Shown here piece by piece: positions 17,992-27,619 of a stretch of 64,000 nt of DNA. The position numbers were made by a program, and so were the translations under genes. The stretch is from the NCBI GenBank assembly GCA_964644695.1, contig CAZXWN010000002.1, forward strand, positions 62,001-126,000. The letters run 5' to 3'. This DNA is from an uncultured bacterium (GTDB lineage Bacteria > UBP4 > UBA4092). Under the pieces are notes generated by a model that made no database searches, had not been told where the DNA came from, and saw only the letters and a list, made by a program, of their open reading frames with translations. Each line of letters starts with the position of its first letter. Positions within the stretch are counted from its first letter, which is position 1.

Positions 17992-19854
17992 ATGAAACGA
18001 TATGGGATGATTTTCTTATTCTTTTTGATGGTGGTTCCATTAGTCTTTGGAGACGAGGTTTCCAATCCGATTACCGGAATCAAAATGCCGGAACTGATTT
18101 CCAAAACACTTTTGGGTTATTCTCTGCAAACACAAGCTTTAGATACGGTGTTAATGAAAAAGAGCTATGTTGTAACAAAAGGAAATTCAAAGGTTAATGT
18201 TACAGGACTGGTTTTTGATTCCTCAAGTACAGCCTATCATGAAGCGTCTAAGCGAGCGATAAAAGATCCTTCCTATCGCAGATTTGAAGCCCCGGAAATT
18301 GGTGAACATCAATGGGGTCAATTGTGGCGGGGTGAAACGCGGTTCTTATTCCACATCAACAATGTTCTTTTTGATATCCAATCAAAAGACAGTACGGCAG
18401 TTTTTTTTGTTGCTCGAGCTTTTGAACAATACCTGAAGAATCCTTCATCTGACACTACCGTATTTACCTTTAATTCCCCTGGCGTGACCCTGAAAAAAGA
18501 ATCCTGTTATCCCTCCATCATTAAGGAGGGATATATTACTCTGGAGTTCGAGGCTGACCAGAATAATGAAGATTGTTATATCCGTATCAATTCGAAACCA
18601 TATAAGCTTGATGGATCCTCAACAAAATATTATGTTGGGAGTCCTCGCGCGGATATCCTGTTACAGATTGACAGTCTTACTCAGGATAATTACTTCAAAT
18701 CTCAGATTGTTCTAATCGATTTCCAACCGCCTCCTGAACCGGAGGGCTCCTGTAAAGTTACCGGAATCAGAATGCCTGATTTGATAAGGCATTACTTACC
18801 GGCATATTCATTCAAAATAGATACTACCCATGGTGATTATTATCTGGAAAAGAATGGTATTAAAGTTAGACTGGCTGGTAAGGTCTTTGATTCTACATCA
18901 ACCGCGTACAAAAGTATGGTTTCTCGTCTGAGAATTCATCCTCAAGGGTATGATCTTGATGTGTTTTTGGGTGATCGGGCTGTAGGGATGTCCTGGGGGA
19001 ATGCGGCACGGGTACTATTCCAAAAGAATAATATTTATTTTGATATTCAGTCTGAAGACAGCACCGCAGTTTTTGAGGTGGGCAAAGTTATTGAAAAGTA
19101 CCTGAATGAGAAAGCTATGGATACTACTGTATTTATCTATAACCAGCCTGAGCCCAGCCATAGAGTAAGGGAAGCTATCAAGGATGGATATGTTTCTGGT
19201 GTAGATATAAAAGAGTTAATAAACAAAGTAATATCACCCAATGAAAATAATATCATTAGGGAATCTACGCTGATTGACTCTATTGGCAGGAGAAATACTG
19301 TGTTTTCTTCTGAAAAGAAGCCAAAATATTTTTTAAGTATTGCTGTCTATCCCAATAAAGAAAAATTAATTGAAACTGTGAATACCTACCGAACGACAAT
19401 TAGTGAAATGTGGACTGAAGTATCAACTGAGAACTGTGTGGTTGGAGACATTGTTTGGAAAAGCGACTATCAAGAGGTTATCTACTCCAGAAATAACATA
19501 TTGGTTAGTATTGTGAGTAGAAATAGCGATAGTATGAAGATAGCTAAACAAATTGATAATTTGATTATCAACCAAAAACCTCCCTTCAAATACTCAAAGA
19601 CTTCTCCCTCTGCTCCGCTTCCTGAGACTCCAAAACAGATAAAGAATAATGCTGCGGCATGGAAAACTTTATTTAAGGATTATTCAGGGGAATATACGGT
19701 TATCAGTAATGGACAAGTCGTTTACTTTAAGTACCCAACCGGAGATACTTTTACGCCAGCAACCCTTCTTGGTAAAGTGAAGCTAACCATCAACATTGCG
19801 ACGGATGACAATCTCTTTGATACAAGGGAAATTGAAACAGAATTAGTCCCATAA
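17992..19854 (+). CDS. Secreted protein of unknown function, paralog 2 (three repeat units)
   Basis: Same RBS/start region as paralog 1; three units starting ITGIKMP, VTGIRMP and VSGVDIK. Confidence 0.88.
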   Translation: MKRYGMIFLFFLMVVPLVFGDEVSNPITGIKMPELISKTLLGYSLQTQALDTVLMKKSYVVTKGNSKVNVTGLVFDSSSTAYHEASKRAIKDPSYRRFEAPEIGEHQWGQLWRGETRFLFHINNVLFDIQSKDSTAVFFVARAFEQYLKNPSSDTTVFTFNSPGVTLKKESCYPSIIKEGYITLEFEADQNNEDCYIRINSKPYKLDGSSTKYYVGSPRADILLQIDSLTQDNYFKSQIVLIDFQPPPEPEGSCKVTGIRMPDLIRHYLPAYSFKIDTTHGDYYLEKNGIKVRLAGKVFDSTSTAYKSMVSRLRIHPQGYDLDVFLGDRAVGMSWGNAARVLFQKNNIYFDIQSEDSTAVFEVGKVIEKYLNEKAMDTTVFIYNQPEPSHRVREAIKDGYVSGVDIKELINKVISPNENNIIRESTLIDSIGRRNTVFSSEKKPKYFLSIAVYPNKEKLIETVNTYRTTISEMWTEVSTENCVVGDIVWKSDYQEVIYSRNNILVSIVSRNSDSMKIAKQIDNLIINQKPPFKYSKTSPSAPLPETPKQIKNNAAAWKTLFKDYSGEYTVISNGQVVYFKYPTGDTFTPATLLGKVKLTINIATDDNLFDTREIETELVP

Positions 19855-20634
19855 TCCTTTAAATGAGGTTTGGAGAGAATAATGAAAAAAGTAACTATCT
19901 TTACCAGTGCTTGTGTGCTTTTTGTATTAACAGCGACTCTTTGTTTTGGTGAGACTAAAGACAATCTATATGTTTCTGGTATAGATGTAAAAGAGTTGAT
20001 AAACAAAGTAATATCACCTAATGAAAATAATATTATTAAACAATCTACACTACTTAATTCTATTGGTAGAGAAAATACTGTGTCAGATTCTGAAAAGAGG
20101 CTGAAATATGTTTTAAGTATTGCTGTCTATCCCAATAGAGAAAAATTAATTGAGACTGTGAATACCTACCGAAAGACAATTAGTGAAATGTGGACTGAAG
20201 TATCAACTGAGAACTGTGTGGTTGGAGACATTGTTTGGAAAAGCGACTATCAAGAGGTTATCTACTCCAGAAATAACATATTGGTTAGTATTGTGAGTAG
20301 AAATAGCGATAGTATGAAGATAGCTAAACAAATTGATAATTTGATTATCAACCAAAAACCTCCCTTCAAATACTCAAAGACTTCTCCCTCTGCTCCGCTT
20401 CCTGAGACTCCAAAACAGATAAAGAATAATGCTGCGGCATGGAAAACTTTATTTAAGGATTATTCAGGGGAATATACGGTTATCAGTAATGGACAAGTCG
20501 TTTACTTTAAGTACCCAACCGGAGATACTTTTACGCCAGCAACCCTTCTTGGTAAAGTGAAGCTAACCATCAACATTGCGACGGATAATAATCTCTTTGA
20601 CACAAAAGAAGTAGAAACAGAAATAATCCCATAA
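19190..20634 (+). repeat. Direct duplication of about 660 bp at 780-bp offset (about 19190-19854 vs 19970-20634)
   Basis: Line-by-line comparison; 19395-19806 is identical to 20175-20586, and the flanks are diverged. Confidence 0.95.
19882..20634 (+). CDS. Secreted protein of unknown function, paralog 3 (one repeat unit)
   Basis: Signal peptide after GGAG RBS; mature part nearly identical to the last unit of paralog 2. Confidence 0.85.
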   Translation: MKKVTIFTSACVLFVLTATLCFGETKDNLYVSGIDVKELINKVISPNENNIIKQSTLLNSIGRENTVSDSEKRLKYVLSIAVYPNREKLIETVNTYRKTISEMWTEVSTENCVVGDIVWKSDYQEVIYSRNNILVSIVSRNSDSMKIAKQIDNLIINQKPPFKYSKTSPSAPLPETPKQIKNNAAAWKTLFKDYSGEYTVISNGQVVYFKYPTGDTFTPATLLGKVKLTINIATDNNLFDTKEVETEIIP

Positions 20635-20722
20635 TGTCATCCAAAATGGTTTTTGACTTGTTCGATGGACATTGAGACCCATAAAAAAGAATTGGTATTT
20701 TTTCAGGGATTAAGAGCCCGGC

Positions 20723-22204
20723 TCAGACGGAAACTGGATCAATTAATGCCCGTTTTTTGATTTTCCCTGTATTTGTTTTAGGTAGTGCCGGGATGATATC
20801 AATTATTTTAGGGATTTTATACGAGGTGAGTTTTCCTTTACAGAAATCCCTGATTTCATGGGTTGTTATTTTATATCCTTCTTTAACGGAGATGACTGCC
20901 CGGACGACTTCTCCCGACCGTTCATCTTTATGGGGAACTACGGCCGCTTCCAGAACAGCAGGATGCTGATAAAGAATGTTTTCTACTTCCCGTGGATATA
21001 CATTATGTCCCCTGACCAGTATCATTTCCTTTTTCCTGTCCACAATGTAAATATTACCCGACTCATCCATTTTTGCCATGTCACCGGTCAATAACCATCC
21101 ATCCCGGAGTGCTTCCCGGGTGGCATCCGGGAGCCCAAGATATCCAATCATGACATTGGGTCCTTTTACCGCCAACTCACCGATTTCTCCTAAAGAAAGG
21201 GAATTAAACTGGTCATCAACAATTTTGACTCGAACTCCTGGAATTGGAGTACCGATTGAACCGGGGACATTAGGATGATCCACTGAGTTAAAGGAAACAA
21301 CCGGTGACGCCTCGGATAATCCGTACCCTTCATGGATTTCCTTCTTAAACTTTTCCTGAAACACCTGGGCTACCTTGGGGGGTAATCCTGCTCCACCGGA
21401 GACCAGGTATAAGAGGGAAGATAAGTCGTATGATTCGGGATTATCCACCCGTCCCATCACCAGATACATGGAAGGGACACCAGTTAGATGGGTGATTTTA
21501 TAAGATTCAATGGCTTTTAAAGCTGTATCCGGCCGGAACTGTTTGATGGGGATGACTCTTCCGCCTATCAATAGGGGAGATAACATATTTACCATAGCTG
21601 CAAAACAATGAAATAAGGGGAGGATACATATCATTCGGGTATCATGATTGATATTCATGACCTGGCGGACTGCCTGTGCATTTGCCAGGAGGTTCCCGTG
21701 AGTCAACATGGCTCCCTTGGGATGACCTGTTGTCCCTGATGTGTAAATAATACAGGCCAGGGTATTCCTGTCTGCTGTAAGGGTTGCCGGTTCGTTGGGT
21801 TTTCCCGTTCTCAATTTGCGTAACAGGGTGTGTACCTTCAGGTTTTGTTTCCCCACGGACAGCGCCAGTGCAACCTCATGAAACCGGGGTGTGGTGAGTA
21901 ACAGGTGGGATTTGGCATTTTCCAGAACAAATGAAACTTCCCGGGGAACAGAAAGAGGGTCCAGAGGAACAACGACACAACCAATATGTTGAATGGCAAA
22001 GTAACTGACAATGAACTCAATCGAATTTTCCATCCACAGGCCTACCGTATCGCCTGGATTTAGTCCATAAGCTAACAAATCTTCAGCCAATCCGTGAATG
22101 TTTAGATGAAATTCTGAATAAGTGAGGGAGGTGTTTTCCGATTGCAGGGCAATCTTCTGGGGATGTAACTGGCAGACAACATGAAATGCATCAACCAAAT
22201 TCAT
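20723..22204 (-). CDS. Long-chain fatty acid--CoA ligase (AMP-binding)
   Basis: YTSGTTGHPKG, EGYGLSE, TGD, DRKK and PKTNTGKI motifs. Start may be 22204 or 22246. Confidence 0.92.
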   Translation of the reverse strand: MNLVDAFHVVCQLHPQKIALQSENTSLTYSEFHLNIHGLAEDLLAYGLNPGDTVGLWMENSIEFIVSYFAIQHIGCVVVPLDPLSVPREVSFVLENAKSHLLLTTPRFHEVALALSVGKQNLKVHTLLRKLRTGKPNEPATLTADRNTLACIIYTSGTTGHPKGAMLTHGNLLANAQAVRQVMNINHDTRMICILPLFHCFAAMVNMLSPLLIGGRVIPIKQFRPDTALKAIESYKITHLTGVPSMYLVMGRVDNPESYDLSSLLYLVSGGAGLPPKVAQVFQEKFKKEIHEGYGLSEASPVVSFNSVDHPNVPGSIGTPIPGVRVKIVDDQFNSLSLGEIGELAVKGPNVMIGYLGLPDATREALRDGWLLTGDMAKMDESGNIYIVDRKKEMILVRGHNVYPREVENILYQHPAVLEAAVVPHKDERSGEVVRAVISVKEGYKITTHEIRDFCKGKLTSYKIPKIIDIIPALPKTNTGKIKKRALIDPVSV

Positions 22205-22408
22205 AGTTCTAGTCCTTTTCTTAAGCCACCACGGGCGGCTTTTCATCTGGCCTGATACAGGCCTGTTTTGATAATCGCATTGCGATAAATAAAATCCTAA
22301 CTTATTTCAGTCCCTTGTGACAATGCTTATCAATGAGGTCATCCCGCCTCCGACTCAATAAATTAGTGTTGTTTAATCAGGGTTGGGAAGGTTAGAATTA
22401 AAAACATC

Positions 22409-24007
22409 ATGTCTTCAAATTCCAATACATCACAAACGCAATCTGCCATCGCCATGTCTGTGATGACCATCATCAGCCGGTTTACCGGACTGTTGCGCTG
22501 GTCCGCCATCGGTGCAGCGCTGGGCCTGACGGCTTCGCATTATGCCGATGCGTATAACCTGGCCTATAACATGCCCAATATGGTGTATGAACTGGTTTTG
22601 GGAGGGGTCCTGACCTCGGTGTTTATTCCTACTTTTGTTGAGTATCGGGAAAAAGACTCTCCTGAGGCTGCCTGGGAAGCTGCCAATAGAATACTGACTT
22701 TAGCGATTGTTCTGTTGTGTCTGATGACCGTTGTTTGCTGGATATTGACTCCTTTTCTGGTACGGATCCAGACTTTTGCTGGAAATAATCAACTGAGACA
22801 TCAAGCCGAGTTCTTCTTTTACTTCTTTGCGCCTACGATTATCTTTTTTGGGATTGGTGCCATTTTCTCCGGGATGTTGAATACCTATAAGAAATTTTTC
22901 ATTCCGGCTGCCACTCCCATTTTGAATAACCTTTTATTCATTGTTATTGCGGCTTTGTATTATTATTTTCCCAAAGTTATTGGGCTGGGCGGTTTAGCTC
23001 TTGGGACAACAATCGGTGTGGCGCTGATGGCCTTTGCCCAGGTGCCAGCCTTATATCGTCTGGGATGGAGATATCACTGGAAACTGGATATGAAAGACCC
23101 CGTCATCGGGAAGTTTTTTACCCTAGCAGCTCCGATGTTTCTTTATGTGGGATTAAATCAGTTAGCTCTGATGACCCGGAATAATTTTGCTGCTTCTATC
23201 CAGGGTGGTTTGGCCGCCATGACATATGGTTATACTTTCTTCCAGTTGCCTTATGGGATATTCTCAGTGACTATCACCACGGTTTTATATCCGGCATTAT
23301 CCCAGTATGCCGTTAATAAGGATTGGGATAACTTCAGAACTAATTTCTCTCAAGGTGTCCGATGGAGTGCCTTTATCATCATCCCCTGTGCTGTAGGATA
23401 TTTTATTCTGGCAGAGCCAATCATCCGTTTGATTATGGAACGGGGTATGTTCAAAGGGCATGATACTGTCATTCTGGCCCGGGTCCTGGCCTGCTATTCC
23501 ATTGCTTTACTGCCATATACTCTAACTTTACTGACAACCCGTACTTTTTATGCACTTCAGGATACTCGAACCCCTACCTGGGTGATTTTAGTGGGATTAG
23601 TCATGACCTTTGCCGGATGTTTTATCCTCGTGAAGCCTTTTGGGATTCCCGGGATTGCCATTGCCTATGGTCTTCAATATTTTGCCATGGCGGCAGTTTT
23701 GTTGACTCTCCTTCGCAAGAAAATCAGACGTCTGGATGGGACTCGTATCTCCATCACAATGATTAAATCTCTGGTTGCCTCTCTGTTTATGGGAGGTGTT
23801 GTATGGGTTATTTATCAGGGAGCTGGGAGGCTGTCTCTCCTGGGTCTGTCCCCCCTGAAAAATAAATTCTTGTGGGATTTAATGGTTCTGGGTGTTTGTG
23901 TTGTGTTGGGTGGATTAACCTATCTTGGGATGTCGATATTATTAAAAACTGACGAAGTAAAAACTTTGAAAGAATTTATTTTACGGCGGCGGTCGCGTTT
24001 GTCATAA
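22409..24007 (+). CDS. murJ: Lipid II flippase MurJ (MviN)
   Basis: SRFTG, ADAYNLA...PN, FIP, QLPYGIF and FYALQDTRTP; about 14 TM helices. Confidence 0.95.
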   Translation: MSSNSNTSQTQSAIAMSVMTIISRFTGLLRWSAIGAALGLTASHYADAYNLAYNMPNMVYELVLGGVLTSVFIPTFVEYREKDSPEAAWEAANRILTLAIVLLCLMTVVCWILTPFLVRIQTFAGNNQLRHQAEFFFYFFAPTIIFFGIGAIFSGMLNTYKKFFIPAATPILNNLLFIVIAALYYYFPKVIGLGGLALGTTIGVALMAFAQVPALYRLGWRYHWKLDMKDPVIGKFFTLAAPMFLYVGLNQLALMTRNNFAASIQGGLAAMTYGYTFFQLPYGIFSVTITTVLYPALSQYAVNKDWDNFRTNFSQGVRWSAFIIIPCAVGYFILAEPIIRLIMERGMFKGHDTVILARVLACYSIALLPYTLTLLTTRTFYALQDTRTPTWVILVGLVMTFAGCFILVKPFGIPGIAIAYGLQYFAMAAVLLTLLRKKIRRLDGTRISITMIKSLVASLFMGGVVWVIYQGAGRLSLLGLSPLKNKFLWDLMVLGVCVVLGGLTYLGMSILLKTDEVKTLKEFILRRRSRLS

Positions 24008-24027
24008 TCAAAGAGGAGTCTCCTCTT

Positions 24028-24693
24028 ATGGTTAATGACCCTTATATAAACCGTCGTCTTCAAATGGTTCGTGATCAGATTTATGTCCGGGGGGTCCGGG
24101 ATGAATCTGTCTTGAATGCTCTCCGCAAAATTCCTCGTCACTTGTTTGTTTCCGAAAAGTTGATTGATGTAGCCTATGATGATTGCCCTTTACCCATTGG
24201 AAGTGGTCAGACTATTTCACAGCCTTATATCGTAGCGGCAATGACAGACTATCTGGATATAAAACCCGGTATGAAAGTATTGGAAATTGGAACCGGTTCA
24301 GGGTATCAGACCGCTGTCCTGGCTGAGTTGGGTGCCCGTGTTTTCTCATTAGAATATCATTCTGAACTGGTTCAGTCTGCGCGGGATTTACTGGCACAGT
24401 TAAATTATTCTCTGGTTCAAATCAAAGCTGAATCGGGCGATAAGGGGTGGCCGGAAGAATCTCCTTTTGACCGAATCATTGTTACCTGTGCTCCTGTTAC
24501 TCTTCCGAAAGTGTTAATTGAGCAATTGGCTGAGGGTGGTAAATTGGTTCTGCCAATGGGGGAACGCTGGTCACAACGACTGGTTTTAATAAAGAAAACC
24601 CATCAGACCATTTCTATAACTGATCTGATGGGAGTTAGTTTTGTTCCCTGGCTAGAATCTATCCCAGATGACGGGTTCCACACAGAGTATTAA
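24028..24693 (+). CDS. pcm: Protein-L-isoaspartate O-methyltransferase
   Basis: PRHLFV, GQTISQP, VLEIGTGSGYQ, PFDRI and FVP motifs. Confidence 0.96.
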   Translation: MVNDPYINRRLQMVRDQIYVRGVRDESVLNALRKIPRHLFVSEKLIDVAYDDCPLPIGSGQTISQPYIVAAMTDYLDIKPGMKVLEIGTGSGYQTAVLAELGARVFSLEYHSELVQSARDLLAQLNYSLVQIKAESGDKGWPEESPFDRIIVTCAPVTLPKVLIEQLAEGGKLVLPMGERWSQRLVLIKKTHQTISITDLMGVSFVPWLESIPDDGFHTEY

Positions 24694-27619
24694 ACGGACA
24701 TCCGGGACAATTGTTGCCTAACTCCGGAGTGGGATTAAAAGGGATTTCCGGATTAAGAATTTCATTTAAGAAATAGGGGATAAAATTAGTCACTTTTTCT
24801 AGACATTCCACGGGAGTCATTTCTGATTTCTTCCGAGAAGGCTTGACCGGAGATACTTCTATTTGAGTATCCACCTTTCGGCTGCCCAACATTAAATATC
24901 GGGCATCAACAGTTTTTTGACTCTGAACTGCCTGGACCAGTAATGAATCCTCATCCGTCTGGGTTGCCCATTGTTCCAGTAATATCTTGTATAGGGGCAT
25001 CTGGAGGCTTTTTACAAAGGGTCTTGCCTTCTCCAGGGGTAACTCATCAATTTGAGCAAAAGAAGTTATCAGAGGCGTACTGCCAGTTTTATAGTCCAGA
25101 ATTAACACCTTTTCCTGTCGTTGTTCAATCCGGTCAAAGAATCCTTTCATTTTGACCGTTCGCCCATCCTCCAGGGGATAGTCAATGGTGACTTTTTTCT
25201 CCAGACCTAATAAAACGGTAGGGTGATACATTTCTAAAACGGGTTTTTGATAGGAATTCAAGAATTGATTGAGTTGATAGATAATCTGTCTTTTCATCAG
25301 GAAGGCGGAACCACTGGAGCCACTCCCAAAAGTATTTGTGAATTCACGATGAATGATTTTCTCTATGTCCACGGATTGGACAGATTCTGTGGACAGTTCT
25401 TTCCCTACCCAGGGTTCATAATATTTTTGTAGAACAGCATGAACGAACTTTCCGGTTTCCTGAGGTTGAAGATTATCAGATAGTACATCCTTCTCATCCA
25501 GTCGGAGAACTCGGGTATAGTAAAACCGAATGGGGCAGCAGAGATATTGATCCAGAGCCGAAGCACTGTAATTCATCTGTTGCAGATAATCCATCATTTC
25601 AGGTGTTTTACTGATAGGGGCAGGAGTCCCCGTATCTAAACTTACCTGGTATTGAATGGTTTGAATGTAGGATGAATCATCCAGTTTCTGGTCCTGTTGT
25701 TGACGATCCCAGAGCAGTTGTTCCACAAATCGGCTTCTTTGTTGTTTTGGACTTTCGCGGAATAAAATATGAGACTCTTTTGATCCTTTGAGCAGCAGGT
25801 CTAAATAATATCCGGCCGCCTTTTCCTTGTCCTTATAGGTTGTCAGGCCCAGCTTTTGTCTTGCTTGATAAGGGAGTAAGGAATCTTCCCGGGTAGATGC
25901 AGGAAGAACATCTTCATTAGTATCCAGAACAATGACTCGGTCAAACTGGAGATTGCGGGTTTCCATGAAACCTAATACTTGAAGCCCTCGTAATGGAGTT
26001 CCCGAAAAGGGTACCATACTATTTTCTATATAGGATTTCAGGAATGTGAAATACCCATCTATATCCTGAAAACTTATGGTGTGAATCATGGATTGGGCGA
26101 GAGCGTCCAGTTCAGTCATGAAAGCTTCAGCGTAAGGATGAAAGTATGGGTGCCGACTGGCAGTACTATTGGCATAAATGAAGTCCAGGACTTCTTTTGC
26201 TTGCTGGGCCAATTGACCAACACTACTAAACTGTTCAAATTTATGGAGTGTCTGTTCATGGATTGTTTTTAAATGATGAATTAATTGATTTGGAGAGATG
26301 TTGTCCCGGAGGTTCTTTGTCCGTTCAACTAACATTTTTTGGAGAACTTCATCATTCTCTATGTCATCCAGTCTCCAGAACTTTCGAGTGATATTACTCA
26401 GAAGATGTTCCTCAATGACATGGATTAAAATTCGAGTCAAATCAGCTCTGCGTGTGTCACTTGTTTTTAGATAGATATTTTTGGTAAAGGGATGCAGCAT
26501 GAATTTCATATATTGAAATCCATAATAGGCTCCATCTGATTGGCGGGTCCTGACAGCCTCAATCAATGCCGAGAAAAACCCGAATATGGGAGTTCTATGG
26601 AGAGGATATCCCATGGAGATGTTGTAAGAATCATACTCATACCCGGCCAATGTATGTTGAAGTAGAGGAAATAATGTCTCAGCAGAAGGCAGTACAATGA
26701 CAGTTTTCTCATCCGATATTTCATTGATTTGATTTTGTTGTGTCAGAATTTCCTTTGCTTTGAATACTTGCCCATGAGCATCTGGACTTCGATAAAAGTC
26801 GATATTGGGTAGGGGATTTGCAGCTGTTGAATTTGAATCCATCTCAATCGGATTTATATTCTGAGCAGTAAGGATCTCTTCTAATCCTTTACCTTCTTGG
26901 AAGATGATTTTGAGATGGGGATGGATGTGATCTATGGCTTTCAACAGGGCCATCTCTGTTTTATTGAAGCGGAAAAAGCCGGCTACGATAATTGTGTCGT
27001 ATCTATTGAAATAAGTTTCAAATTCTGGTGCTTTTGCTGATTGGAGCACTTGCCGATATCGAAGGGATAGAGTGGATAATCCTTCCGATACCAGATGCTG
27101 ATAAAACCGAAGATAGTAATCTGCTAGCATACCCTGGCGTTGAGTAAACTTGGACCAGGCTTCCGGATATTGTTTCACCTGATCCAATATCACTGGCTCC
27201 AGATTTTGTAACTGGTTAGGAGATACTTGTTCCAGATACAGTTCTTCAAAATCACGTATAAGTTTTAAACCCAGAGGAAAAAAACGATCGGGTGAAAGGA
27301 AATCTTGTTGCCCTATTCGATTTGATGCGGACTGATGGATATCATATAAAATCGAGATGGAATCTAATTGATTTAATAGCCGAGTAGGGGGAAACATTTC
27401 TTCTGCATAATGGGTTATTAGGCTGTCAAATGTCTTTGTATCTGGTGGAATGATGGATTGCCCGGCTTGCATTGCCAGATGTTTGCGGAGAAAGTATGAG
27501 GGCCTTTTCCCTGGGAAAATGATGAGATTTCGAGAGTAATCCCAGGTGGACTGTGGCTCAATTTGTTGAGAAAGGGTTTCTATTAAAGATTTGGTTGGAC
27601 CCATTATGTAAGTCTTCAT
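24659..27619 (-). CDS. addB: AddB-like nuclease subunit (inactive helicase + PD-(D/E)XK, Fe-S staple)
   Basis: PGKR, GLQVLGFMETRNL, YLCCPIRFYY, FDRIE..LDYKTG and CPGCPFNTLC. Confidence 0.85.
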   Translation of the reverse strand: MKTYIMGPTKSLIETLSQQIEPQSTWDYSRNLIIFPGKRPSYFLRKHLAMQAGQSIIPPDTKTFDSLITHYAEEMFPPTRLLNQLDSISILYDIHQSASNRIGQQDFLSPDRFFPLGLKLIRDFEELYLEQVSPNQLQNLEPVILDQVKQYPEAWSKFTQRQGMLADYYLRFYQHLVSEGLSTLSLRYRQVLQSAKAPEFETYFNRYDTIIVAGFFRFNKTEMALLKAIDHIHPHLKIIFQEGKGLEEILTAQNINPIEMDSNSTAANPLPNIDFYRSPDAHGQVFKAKEILTQQNQINEISDEKTVIVLPSAETLFPLLQHTLAGYEYDSYNISMGYPLHRTPIFGFFSALIEAVRTRQSDGAYYGFQYMKFMLHPFTKNIYLKTSDTRRADLTRILIHVIEEHLLSNITRKFWRLDDIENDEVLQKMLVERTKNLRDNISPNQLIHHLKTIHEQTLHKFEQFSSVGQLAQQAKEVLDFIYANSTASRHPYFHPYAEAFMTELDALAQSMIHTISFQDIDGYFTFLKSYIENSMVPFSGTPLRGLQVLGFMETRNLQFDRVIVLDTNEDVLPASTREDSLLPYQARQKLGLTTYKDKEKAAGYYLDLLLKGSKESHILFRESPKQQRSRFVEQLLWDRQQQDQKLDDSSYIQTIQYQVSLDTGTPAPISKTPEMMDYLQQMNYSASALDQYLCCPIRFYYTRVLRLDEKDVLSDNLQPQETGKFVHAVLQKYYEPWVGKELSTESVQSVDIEKIIHREFTNTFGSGSSGSAFLMKRQIIYQLNQFLNSYQKPVLEMYHPTVLLGLEKKVTIDYPLEDGRTVKMKGFFDRIEQRQEKVLILDYKTGSTPLITSFAQIDELPLEKARPFVKSLQMPLYKILLEQWATQTDEDSLLVQAVQSQKTVDARYLMLGSRKVDTQIEVSPVKPSRKKSEMTPVECLEKVTNFIPYFLNEILNPEIPFNPTPELGNNCPGCPFNTLCGTRHLG

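Noticed and set aside
19190-20634. Diversity-generating retroelement (TR/VR pair) as the explanation for the duplication
   Set aside because: Mismatches are not adenine-specific (C/T and G/C changes occur), both copies are coding, and there is no reverse transcriptase in the window.
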